Shown piece after piece: positions 17,421 to 26,126 of a stretch of 64,000 bases of DNA. A model generated the notes under the pieces. The model was not told the DNA's origin. It saw nothing but the letters and a program-made list of their open reading frames with translations, and searched no databases. Location of the stretch: the NCBI GenBank assembly GCA_963733295.1, contig CAVTCS010000003.1, positions 2,496,001-2,560,000 on the forward strand, written 5' to 3'. The position numbers were made by a program, and so were the translations under genes. This stretch comes from Vulcanimicrobiota bacterium (GTDB lineage Bacteria; Vulcanimicrobiota; Vulcanimicrobiia; Vulcanimicrobiales; Vulcanimicrobiaceae). Every line of letters starts with the position of its first letter. The first letter of the stretch is position 1.

Positions 17421-19253
17421 TTGAACCCGGGCCGGATGCGCCTTTCCCCGGTCGACGTCGCCGTCATCGCCGGCTTCTTTGCGGCGAACCTCGGCATCGG
17501 GCTCGCTTTCGCTCGTCGCGGCGGAGCGAGCGTGGGCGAGTTCTTTCTTTCAGGACGCAACGTGCCGTGGTGGCTCGCCGGAATCTCGATGGTGGCCACG
17601 ACCTTCGCGGCCGACACGCCGCTGGCCGTCACCGGCTTCGTCGTTCAGCACGGCGTCGCCGGAAACTGGGTCTGGTGGAGTTCCGTCATGTCCGGGATCT
17701 TGACGGTCTTTTTCTTCGCGAAGATGTGGCGCCGCTCGGGCGTATTGACTGACGTCGAGTTCATCGAGCTGCGCTACGGCGGGAGCGCGGCCGCCGCGCT
17801 GCGTTTCGCGCGCGCGATCTTCGCGGGGGTGCTGGTCAACTCGATCATCATGGGTTGGGTCAACCTCGCGATGGCCAAGATCCTCGAGCTGACCTTGCAC
17901 GTCAACAAATACGAAGCGCTGGCTGTGTGCCTGATCTTCACAGCGGTCTACGTGACCATCGGCGGCCTTTGGGGCGTACTCGTGACCGACGTTCTGCAAT
18001 TCGCGGTGAAGATGTCGATGGCGATCGTCCTAGCCGTCGCCGCGGTCGCAGCGGTCGGCGGCATCGGCGCGCTCGAGGCGAAGCTCGCCGCGCGCGATCT
18101 CGCGCTCGCGCACAACGACGCGGCGGCTGCCGCGGCGCATTCCGTTCTCGCGTTTTTCCCGACGACGAACGCCGCCTGGCTGCCGCTCTTGACCTTCTTG
18201 ACGTACATCGGCGTGCAGTGGTGGGCTTCGTCGTATCCGGGCGCCGAGCCGGGCGGCGGCGGCTACATCGCGCAGCGCATCTTCAGCGCCAAGAGCGAGA
18301 ACGACGGGCTCTTCGCGACGCTGTTCTTCAACGTCGCGCACTACGCACTGCGGCCCTGGCCTTGGATCCTCGTCGCGCTTGCGGCGATCGTGCTGTATCC
18401 GCACGGCGTTATCGGAAGCGACGGAAAGGTCGATCCGGAGCTGGGTTACGTTCAAGCGATGATCGACTATCTTCCGGCCTGGCTGCGCGGCTTGATGCTG
18501 GCGGGGTTCTTAGCCGCCTACATGTCGACGATCGGGACGCATCTCAATCTGGGCGCGTCGTATCTAGTAAACGACATCTATCGCCGCTTCATGGTGCCCG
18601 ATCGAAGCGAGCACCACTACGTGGCGGCCTCACGCGTCGCGACGTTACTCGTCATGCTTTTCTCGGTCTGCGCGGCGCTCTCGATGCACTCCGTCGGCGA
18701 TGCTTGGAAGTATCTCTTCAACCTGACGGCGGGCGTCGGCCTCGTCATGATCCTGCGCTGGTACTGGTGGCGCGTGAACGCTTGGAGCGAAATCGCGGCG
18801 CTGACAGCCTCGGCGCTCGTGTCGAACGCCTTGATTCTCGGCCACGCGTTTTCCGCAAGCGACCCGAACGCGCAAGCCGAGACGTTGCTCGTCACGGTGC
18901 CGATCACGACCGCCGTCTGGCTCGCGGTAACGTTTTTCACGCCGGCCGAGAGCGAGCAAACGCTGACGAAATTCTATCAAAAGGTTCGCCCGCATCCGCT
19001 GGGCTGGCGCGCGATCGAACGCATCGCGCCCGCGGGCCCGCAAGAGGAAAGCCTCGGGGTTACCGTGGTCGATTGGCTAGCCGGATGCGGCCTGGTGTAC
19101 GCGTCGCTGTTCGGCATCGGAAAGCTCGTCATGGGCGAAACGGCGTTCGGCCTCGCGTACTTGGCCGGAGCGTCGTTATGCGGCGTTCTGATCGGCTACA
19201 ACGCAACGCGCGGCGCGGCCCGCGCCCGAATCCCGGCGACGAAGACGACCTAG
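17421..19253 (+). CDS. sodium:solute symporter family transporter
   Basis: FFLSGR..PWW, SMVATTFAADTPL, GGLWGVLVTD, YIAQR, LAAYMST; TTG after GAGGAG. Confidence 0.9.
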   Translation: MNPGRMRLSPVDVAVIAGFFAANLGIGLAFARRGGASVGEFFLSGRNVPWWLAGISMVATTFAADTPLAVTGFVVQHGVAGNWVWWSSVMSGILTVFFFAKMWRRSGVLTDVEFIELRYGGSAAAALRFARAIFAGVLVNSIIMGWVNLAMAKILELTLHVNKYEALAVCLIFTAVYVTIGGLWGVLVTDVLQFAVKMSMAIVLAVAAVAAVGGIGALEAKLAARDLALAHNDAAAAAAHSVLAFFPTTNAAWLPLLTFLTYIGVQWWASSYPGAEPGGGGYIAQRIFSAKSENDGLFATLFFNVAHYALRPWPWILVALAAIVLYPHGVIGSDGKVDPELGYVQAMIDYLPAWLRGLMLAGFLAAYMSTIGTHLNLGASYLVNDIYRRFMVPDRSEHHYVAASRVATLLVMLFSVCAALSMHSVGDAWKYLFNLTAGVGLVMILRWYWWRVNAWSEIAALTASALVSNALILGHAFSASDPNAQAETLLVTVPITTAVWLAVTFFTPAESEQTLTKFYQKVRPHPLGWRAIERIAPAGPQEESLGVTVVDWLAGCGLVYASLFGIGKLVMGETAFGLAYLAGASLCGVLIGYNATRGAARARIPATKTT

Positions 19254-19266
19254 CGCGGGAGTCCGG

Positions 19267-19659
19267 CTACGCCGGAAGGCACTCGTGCCGGCGCTCGAAC
19301 GCGATATCCATTTGGTGGAAGATATCGCCGACCTCGGGCGCGCCCGCGGATTCCACACGATCGGCCAATTCAACCAACGTGCGGTCGATCTGATGCAGGT
19401 GCGCGACGGCCGGCGCTTCGAGCCGAGCGTGATCGATCCAGCGGATGAAAACTTGATCGGTGAACTGGCAGCGCAAGAGGAGCTCTTCCAGCGTCTTGCG
19501 CGCAGCGGGGTCGAGCTCACCGTCGAGCCGATCGCGAACGTCGCTCAGGCGCTCGCCGACGTACGCCCGCACGTACTCGTCGGTAAGGTGGCGGGTCGTT
19601 TCATCCGAGTAGTCGCCGTATTCGGGTATGCGCTCGCGCACGAACGTCAAATCGTCCAT
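19267..19659 (-). CDS. hypothetical protein
   Basis: MDDLTFVRERIPEYGDY... helical soluble ORF directly downstream of cobB. Confidence 0.7.
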   Translation of the reverse strand: MDDLTFVRERIPEYGDYSDETTRHLTDEYVRAYVGERLSDVRDRLDGELDPAARKTLEELLLRCQFTDQVFIRWIDHARLEAPAVAHLHQIDRTLVELADRVESAGAPEVGDIFHQMDIAFERRHECLPA

Positions 19660-19709
19660 TCTGCCACGCATTACCCGCGCTCGCCACGGACGGTTTCGCA
19701 GGGCACCCG

Positions 19710-20492
19710 TCAGGCCACCAGTTGCGGCAGCATCTCGGCCGCCCGGCCGCGGAGACCCAGATCGGCGTGCGGGCTGATGGCGGTCTCTTCCGGGTTGATC
19801 TCGACGAGAAAAGTTTCGGGCGCGGCGAAATGCGTGCAAAGCATTGCCGCCGGATTGACCAATCCCGAGGTACCGACGACCAGCATGACGTCGGCGCGAG
19901 CGGCCGCCGCGACGGCCAGATCCCACTGCGCGACCGGGAGGGATTCACCGAACCACACGATGTCGGGTCGAAAGTGACCGCCGCACTCGTGCTCGATCGC
20001 ATCCAGCGGCAAGCCTCCCCCGAGAGGGCGTCGCGCGTCACAGCGATCGCAGCGCGCTTCGCGCAGGTTGCCGTGGAGTTCGACGACGTTCTTCGAACCC
20101 GCGCGAAAATGAAGCGAATCGACGTTTTGCGTGACGAGCGTGAAGTCGCCGCAGCGCGATTCCAGCTGAGCCAGCGCGACGTGTCCCGCGTTCGGCTGCG
20201 CCGCAGCGTGCGCTGCGCGGCGCTCGTTGTACCAGGTCCACACGAGCCGTGGGTCGCGGGCGAAACCTTCAGGCGAGGCCAACTCCTCGACCCGATGCGT
20301 CCGCCAGAGCCCGCCGGCTCCGCGAAACGTCGGCAGACCGCTTTCGCTCGAAATTCCGGAACCGGTGAGGACGCAGACGGCGCGAGCGGAGGCGAGCCGC
20401 TCGCGCAGCGCGCTCAGCGCGGCCGGCCCAGCTGGGCCGCTCCCGCCGCTCGCCGTTGAAATGGGCGAGGCCGCGTCTGGGTCGAGGGACAT
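19710..20492 (-). CDS. cobB: NAD-dependent protein deacylase (sirtuin)
   Basis: LTGSGISSESGLPTFRG, TQNVDSLH, ELHG, RPDIVWFGE, VGTSG.VNPAA. Confidence 0.93.
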   Translation of the reverse strand: MSLDPDAASPISTASGGSGPAGPAALSALRERLASARAVCVLTGSGISSESGLPTFRGAGGLWRTHRVEELASPEGFARDPRLVWTWYNERRAAHAAAQPNAGHVALAQLESRCGDFTLVTQNVDSLHFRAGSKNVVELHGNLREARCDRCDARRPLGGGLPLDAIEHECGGHFRPDIVWFGESLPVAQWDLAVAAAARADVMLVVGTSGLVNPAAMLCTHFAAPETFLVEINPEETAISPHADLGLRGRAAEMLPQLVA

Positions 20493-20606
20493 ACCGGTAG
20501 TGTAACACCATGTCCGGAGCGGCCGAACATCCACGTTCGCCCGCTGCTCGTTAACGGATCGAGCCCGTTCGAGGGCCGTTTTGACGCGTGAACGAAGCAC
20601 GATTTT

Positions 20607-21140
20607 GTGGAGGATGCGAGCCTGCTCATGGCGCGAGTGCGCGAACGCGATGCCGGCGCCTTCGAGGCCCTCTACGACTCGTATCATCGGCTGGTCTACG
20701 GGATCGCCGCACGAATTCTACGCGACAAGATGGCCGCGGAGGACGTGACGCAGGCCGTTTTCTTAAAGCTGTGGAGCGCGCCCGACGCTTTCCGGGGCGG
20801 CAATTTCGGTGCGTGGCTGGCGCGCGTCAGCCGCAATCGCGCGCTCGACGTCTTGCGCAGCCGCGCCGTTCTCGGCGAGAGTGAAATTCCGATCGACGTT
20901 CCGGTCGACGCGGTTCTCGACGAAATCGTCTTCTCCCGGCTCGACGGCGCGCGCGTGCGGGAAGCTCTAGCTTCGCTGCCGTCCGAGCAGCGCGAACCGA
21001 TCGAACTCGGTTTCTTCGGCGGCATCACTCACGAAGAGATCTCGCGCCGCACCGCGACGCCGCTCGGAACGATCAAAACGCGAATCCGCGCTGGTCTACG
21101 CGCCTTGCGCGCTGCGCTCGAATCGGGGATCGCACGATGA
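20607..21140 (+). CDS. ECF RNA polymerase sigma factor (SigK-like)
   Basis: AEDVTQAVFLKLW region 2; region 4 THEEIS...PLGTIKTRIR. Confidence 0.92.
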   Translation: MEDASLLMARVRERDAGAFEALYDSYHRLVYGIAARILRDKMAAEDVTQAVFLKLWSAPDAFRGGNFGAWLARVSRNRALDVLRSRAVLGESEIPIDVPVDAVLDEIVFSRLDGARVREALASLPSEQREPIELGFFGGITHEEISRRTATPLGTIKTRIRAGLRALRAALESGIAR

Positions 21141-21901
21141 CGCACGACGACGAGTTTCTCGACGCGGTCGCCGTGCTCGCGCTCGGCGCGCTGCCTGCGT
21201 CCGAAGCGCAATCGGTGCTGGCGCATGTCGAGGGCTGCGAGACCTGCCGCGCGGAATATCGCGCGCTGCGCGGCGCGGCGGATTCGGTCGGTTACGCGGC
21301 TGAGGACGACGCCGCCGAACTCGACGAGTTGCGAAGCGCGCGCATTCGCGCGGACCTGCTGCGCGCGATCCGCGAAGACGCGGCTCGACCCTCAGCAGCC
21401 CCGCCGGCAGTCCCCGCGCAGGCTCGACGGCAGCCTTGGCTCGCATACCTGGCCATCGCCGCGTCCATTGCGGTCGTGCTCGGGTCGGCGCTCAACAATG
21501 CCGCACTTCGTTCGCAACACGACGCCGATCAAACGCAGATCGCAACCCTGCAGCAATCCCTCAGTGAGTCGGACGCTCGGCTGGTGGCGCTGCTGTCACC
21601 GAGCGCGAAGCGCTTCGCGATTCCGCAAGGTCAAGTGATCGAAAGCGGTGGCCGGATCTTCCTCGCACTGCACTCGTTGCCGCCGCTCGGGTCGAACAAG
21701 GTATTCCAGGCCTGGACCCTCGCCAAAGGTGCGAAGGGCGTGGCGCCGAGTATCACGTTCCGCGCCGACAGTCAGGGGACGGCCCTCATCGAGTTACCCG
21801 AAGCAGCCGGCAATCTCGCTGCGGTCGCCTTGAGCGTCGAACCCGTGGGCGGCAGCCGGCAGCCGACTTCGAAACCGGCTTTCGTGCGGAAGCTCTCCTG
21901 A
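21137..21901 (+). CDS. anti-sigma factor (zinc HxxxCxxC, TM, RskA-like domain)
   Basis: HVEGCETC, central TM, C-terminal FQAW...LSVEP.GGS.QPT; ATGA overlap with the sigma gene. Confidence 0.88.
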   Translation: MTHDDEFLDAVAVLALGALPASEAQSVLAHVEGCETCRAEYRALRGAADSVGYAAEDDAAELDELRSARIRADLLRAIREDAARPSAAPPAVPAQARRQPWLAYLAIAASIAVVLGSALNNAALRSQHDADQTQIATLQQSLSESDARLVALLSPSAKRFAIPQGQVIESGGRIFLALHSLPPLGSNKVFQAWTLAKGAKGVAPSITFRADSQGTALIELPEAAGNLAAVALSVEPVGGSRQPTSKPAFVRKLS

Positions 21902-21912
21902 GCGTCGACTGC

Positions 21913-22737
21913 ATGTCCCAACTCGAGCCACTGTCCGAGCGCAACGAGGCGGAGGTTCTCGACTATTTGGCGAGCGCGCCATACGACAACGTTTTCGTCG
22001 AGTGGCTCATTCGCAGCCGCGCTCACCGTCGCGACGACGCGTTCGTCATCGTCTTCCGCGCCGGTTCGGGTGCGCTCGAGGGCGTGTGCTACTTCGGACG
22101 GCAGATCGTTCCGCACGCGCGTAGCGAGGCCGCGGTCGACGCGTTCGCGAGCCGGGCCAAGTCGGCCCGAACTCCCGTGATGATCGTCGGACCACGTCCG
22201 GGAGTCGAGCGCTTTTGGACGAAGGCCCGGCAACATTTCCCGGCTCCGCGCGCGCAGCGTCGCAGTCAACCCGTGTACGCGCTCGATCGAGCACACCTGC
22301 GCGGGTCGCGCGCCGACGCGCCGGTCGTTCGTGCGAAGCTTGCCGACCTCGAAGAACTCAACCGCAACTCAGCGGCGATGTTCGAGCGGGAGATCGGAGG
22401 CCTTCCCGGCGTGCTGCCCGCTCAGCACCTCGAGCGGACGCGCCGGATCCTCGAAGCCGGGTGGTGGTGGCGCTACAGCCTCGACCAGCGCATCGTTTTT
22501 CAGTGCAACGTCGGCTCGCAGACGCCGCAAACTGCGCAGCTTCAGGGCGTCTGGACGCCTCCCGAAGATCGCGGCAAAGGTTACGCCACGCGCGCTCTAG
22601 CCGCGATCTGCGACCGGCTTCTCGACGAGAATCCGACCCTCAGTCTCTTCGTCAACGATTTCAACAAGGACGCGATCGCGCTGTACGAACGCGTCGGCTT
22701 TTTCCAGGCCGGCGAGTTCGCAACGTTCCTGTTCTAA
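21913..22737 (+). CDS. GNAT-family acetyltransferase
   Basis: QLQGVWTPPEDRGKGYA, LFVNDFN..AI.LYERVGF. Confidence 0.85.
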   Translation: MSQLEPLSERNEAEVLDYLASAPYDNVFVEWLIRSRAHRRDDAFVIVFRAGSGALEGVCYFGRQIVPHARSEAAVDAFASRAKSARTPVMIVGPRPGVERFWTKARQHFPAPRAQRRSQPVYALDRAHLRGSRADAPVVRAKLADLEELNRNSAAMFEREIGGLPGVLPAQHLERTRRILEAGWWWRYSLDQRIVFQCNVGSQTPQTAQLQGVWTPPEDRGKGYATRALAAICDRLLDENPTLSLFVNDFNKDAIALYERVGFFQAGEFATFLF

Positions 22738-22748
22738 CGGCAACGTCG

Positions 22749-23447
22749 CTACAACAACGTCGCCGTCAACTCGCTCTCACGCGCCGCGCCGTTGCCGTCG
22801 CGCTCGACGCGATAAGCGCGCGCAGCCGGCCGTGCGGCGACGATCGCCTGCAAGGTGCGGCCGGTGAAGTGGAGTGCGACGCCGTCGTCGCAGGCGAATC
22901 CGGGACCGATCGAGGCGTCGGCAACCATACGCTGATAGGCCGGACGCCGCTCCTTTTCGCCGTCGTAGTGCGGACAAGCGCTGCCGGCAACGAACCCGAG
23001 GCAGCTCATACGCGTCAACTCGCCGGCGAACGAATCGGTCACGCCCTCCTCGAACCAGCAGATCGCGCCGGCACTGGAACCGCACAGAACGATGCCTTGC
23101 GACCAGGCATCCCGCAAAGCCTCAACGAGATCCCAGTCGCGCCAGACCGCGAGCATGCTGCGCGTGTTCCCACCGCCGACGTGCACCACGTCGAAGTCGA
23201 AGATGAAGGCGCGCAAGTCGACCGGCGTCCGGCGAAAGAACGGCAGATGCGCCGTGCGGCAGCCGAGTTGGCCGTACGACTCGTAGAAACGAGCGAGATA
23301 GGTCGGATCGTCGCCGCTCGCCGTTCCGACGAAGAGCACGCGCGGGACGGCGCGGCGCGCGAGGCTCAAGCAGTATTTCTCGAGTTTGAGGTTTCCGCTA
23401 TCCGGCAATAGCACACCGCCGCCCGCGGCGACGATGTGCCGTGTCAT
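22749..23447 (-). CDS. peptidase E (S51) family
   Basis: TASGDD, VGGGNT, GSSAGAICW, CPHYD. Confidence 0.88.
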   Translation of the reverse strand: MTRHIVAAGGGVLLPDSGNLKLEKYCLSLARRAVPRVLFVGTASGDDPTYLARFYESYGQLGCRTAHLPFFRRTPVDLRAFIFDFDVVHVGGGNTRSMLAVWRDWDLVEALRDAWSQGIVLCGSSAGAICWFEEGVTDSFAGELTRMSCLGFVAGSACPHYDGEKERRPAYQRMVADASIGPGFACDDGVALHFTGRTLQAIVAARPAARAYRVERDGNGAARESELTATLL

Positions 23448-24214
23448 CCCGGAAACGACCGGTCGCGTACGGCCGCGGCGTACTCGCCGAGCGCCGACGT
23501 CACGATTCCGCTGAGGTCGGCGAAGCGCCGCGCGAAGGGCGGCGACTCCGGATACAAGCCGAGGACGTCGTGCAAGACCAGCACTTGACCGTCGCAGGAT
23601 GGACCCGCACCGATTCCGATCGTCGGAATCGGCAACGCCTGCGTGATCTCGGCAGCGAGCGCGGCATCGACCATCTCGAGCACGACGGCGCTCGCACCCG
23701 CATTCGCAACCGCATGCGCGTCGGCCAGCAACAGTTCGCGGTCGCGCCGTCGCCGGAATCCGCCGTCGAGGCCCGCAGTTTGCGGCAAGACGCCGATGTG
23801 CGCGACGACGGGAATCCCCGCGGCGACGATCGCGCGGATGCGCGCTTGCGCCCGAACGCCGCCCTCGAGCTTCACGCTGCCCGCACCACCTTCCCGAACA
23901 AGCGCTACGGAGGAACGAACCGCCTCGGCGTCGCTGGCCTCGTAGCTTCCGAAGGGTAAGTCGACGATGATGTGCGCGCGCGTCGTCGCGCGAGCGACCG
24001 CCGCGCCGTGACGCTGCATGTCGGCCAACTCGACCGGCGTCGTCGAAGCGTAGCCGAGCACGACCATGCCGAGCGAGTCACCGACCAGCAGGACGTCGAT
24101 TCCGGCAGCCTCGGCGCAGCGCGCAAAAGGCGCGTCGTAGGCGGTCACGACCGGGAAGGCCGCCCCCTTACGCTCGCGGAGGGCGGCGGCCGTTAGCCGG
24201 CGTTCGGAAGCCAT
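23444..24214 (-). CDS. panB: 3-methyl-2-oxobutanoate hydroxymethyltransferase
   Basis: TAYDA, LLVGDSLGM, DLPFGSY, VKLEGG, IGIGAG..CDGQVLV.HD. Confidence 0.95.
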   Translation of the reverse strand: MASERRLTAAALRERKGAAFPVVTAYDAPFARCAEAAGIDVLLVGDSLGMVVLGYASTTPVELADMQRHGAAVARATTRAHIIVDLPFGSYEASDAEAVRSSVALVREGGAGSVKLEGGVRAQARIRAIVAAGIPVVAHIGVLPQTAGLDGGFRRRRDRELLLADAHAVANAGASAVVLEMVDAALAAEITQALPIPTIGIGAGPSCDGQVLVLHDVLGLYPESPPFARRFADLSGIVTSALGEYAAAVRDRSFPG

Positions 24215-24223
24215 AGGGACGCG

Positions 24224-25126
24224 CTACGCGCTCGCTCGGGCCCGAACCTCGTCGGCCACCCGATCGTTTTCGGGCGTCGGAATTCCACGCAGTCGCCCGA
24301 GGCGGCTGATTGCGCCGTTTATCGCTTCGAGTTCGGTGGGTCGCCCGCGTTCGAGGTCTTGCAGCATCGACGAACGATTTTCCGCGGTCGCCGCGGCAAC
24401 CGCATAGACGTGGGCGACGGCGTCGTCGAACGGCAGGTCGACGCCCTCGGCCGCCGCGACCGCGGCCGCCTCGCGCGCGATCGCTGCCGCCCGGCGGCGC
24501 AGTTCCGGTTCGGTCGAAACCGCACCGTTGGGCAGGCCGGCCGCCGCGGTCAGAGCGTTGATGGCGGCGTTTGCGATCAGCTTCGCCCAAACGTGCGGTT
24601 CGACAGGCTCGACGATCCGCGCGTGCAGTCCGCTCGCTACGAGAAGATCGCGCAGCGGACGCAGGTCGCCGCCGGCACGACCGCGAGCCCAGCCGAGCGT
24701 CGTCATGCCGCGGCCGATGCGGCGCATCGCGCCCGGCGCGACGAGCGTCCCGCCCTCGGTCGTGGGCGCGAGCGCGATCGGTCTCGTGCCGAGCGCCGCT
24801 TCGATGTGCTCGACCTGAAGGATCCCGTTTTGCAGCGACACGATGGGAGTTTGCGCGCCGAGTGCGCCGCGCAGACGAGCGAGCGCGCCGGCGGTAGCAA
24901 ACGCCTTGACGGCCACGAGCACGAAATCGACGCCGGCCAAATCGGACGGCTCGCTCGTTGCCGCGGACAGCGCGACCGTCTCCTGAGCGGGAGCGAGGTC
25001 GGCGCGCCGCGCGATCGCGATGCGCGCCGCCTCGTCGCGAACCAGGACCACCGTCCGCGCGTGCGGCGCGAGAGTTGCGGCGAACAGCGTGCCGATCGCG
25101 CCGGCGCCGACGATGCCGAGCTTCAG
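24224..25126 (-). CDS. panE: 2-dehydropantoate 2-reductase
   Basis: GIVGAGAIG, VKA, SLQNG, WAKL.ANAAINAL, NRSSMLQD, TELEAING; start may be CTG 25126 or GTG 25204. Confidence 0.9.
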   Translation of the reverse strand: MKLGIVGAGAIGTLFAATLAPHARTVVLVRDEAARIAIARRADLAPAQETVALSAATSEPSDLAGVDFVLVAVKAFATAGALARLRGALGAQTPIVSLQNGILQVEHIEAALGTRPIALAPTTEGGTLVAPGAMRRIGRGMTTLGWARGRAGGDLRPLRDLLVASGLHARIVEPVEPHVWAKLIANAAINALTAAAGLPNGAVSTEPELRRRAAAIAREAAAVAAAEGVDLPFDDAVAHVYAVAAATAENRSSMLQDLERGRPTELEAINGAISRLGRLRGIPTPENDRVADEVRARASA

Positions 25127-25297
25127 CCGCGTTCTTCGGCGCAGCCGGCCAACCGATTCTGCGAACGATTCATATTCGCGACGACTTCGCTTGCCCGGTG
25201 CCACCGCCTGTACTGCTCCGGGACGCAGGTGATCCGTTTGTTTTTCAATGAACGAATTGGGGCAAGATTAGCCTGCGCACTTCCTGGAGGTTCTCTC

Positions 25298-26125
25298 ATG
25301 AGCGAGAAGGACTCGGTTTCGCGTAAGAAATTTGTCCTGTCCGCCGGTGCGATCGCCGGTGCCGCAGGGCTCGTGGCGCACCCGGAGATCTCCGAGGCGG
25401 CGAACGCTCCCGTGGAAACCGTCGCAGCCGCAAAACCTGCGGCGCCGCCGCGCGTCGCGGCACCGCTCGGCAACGAGCCCGAAGCCTACACGTACCTGAC
25501 GGCGCCGGAGGCGTCGTTCGTCGAAGCTGCGGTCGAGCGGTTGATTCCGAGCGACGAACTGGGACCGGGAGCAAAGCCTGCCGGCGTCGCGTTCTTCATC
25601 GATCAGCAGCTCGAAGCGCAGTACGGTTTCGCCGCGAAGATGTACCGCCAAGGTCCCTGGGGTCAAGCGCTTCCCACCCAAGGCTATCAGCTTCCGCTCA
25701 ACCCGCGCGAGGTGTATCGCCTCGGAATCGCGGCCACAAACGAGCATTGCGTGGGGACCTATGGCAAGACGTTCGACAAACTCGACGGCGCTCACCAAGA
25801 TCAGGTTCTCACTGCGCTCGAAAAAGGACAACTGGACTTCAGCGAGGTTCCGGCGTCCACGTTTTTCAGCATGCTCTACGAAAACACGCTCGAAGGCTTC
25901 TTCGCCGATCCACTCTACGGCGGCAATCGCGACAAGGTCGGCTGGAAGCTGATCGGATTCCCCGGAGTGGCCGCAGCGTACGTCGGATTGATCGAGAAGC
26001 ACAACGTTTTGTATCGCGTCGCACCGGTCAGCATCGCCGACGTCGAGCACTCGACGGGGCTCGCCGACGAGGACCACATGCCGGTGCACAAGATGGCGAT
26101 GTCCCGTAAGCGCGAGGGCAAGTAA
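25298..26125 (+). CDS. gluconate 2-dehydrogenase subunit 3 (gamma) family protein with Tat-like leader
   Basis: GGAGG RBS; SRKKFV leader; RLIPSDELGPGA, FIDQQL, EGFFADP.YGGNRD..GWKLIGFPG. Confidence 0.88.
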   Translation: MSEKDSVSRKKFVLSAGAIAGAAGLVAHPEISEAANAPVETVAAAKPAAPPRVAAPLGNEPEAYTYLTAPEASFVEAAVERLIPSDELGPGAKPAGVAFFIDQQLEAQYGFAAKMYRQGPWGQALPTQGYQLPLNPREVYRLGIAATNEHCVGTYGKTFDKLDGAHQDQVLTALEKGQLDFSEVPASTFFSMLYENTLEGFFADPLYGGNRDKVGWKLIGFPGVAAAYVGLIEKHNVLYRVAPVSIADVEHSTGLADEDHMPVHKMAMSRKREGK

Positions 26126-26126
26126 C

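Noticed and set aside
19710..20492. Sirtuin as a SIR2 anti-phage effector partnering the TIR-STAND gene
   Set aside because: It has ordinary CobB deacylase motifs and a housekeeping context, 9 kb from the TIR-STAND gene
25161..25179. GCGAA-N9-TTCGC palindrome as a second SOS box
   Set aside because: Spacing and core do not fit CGAAC-N4-GTTCG, and the arms are short enough to arise by chance
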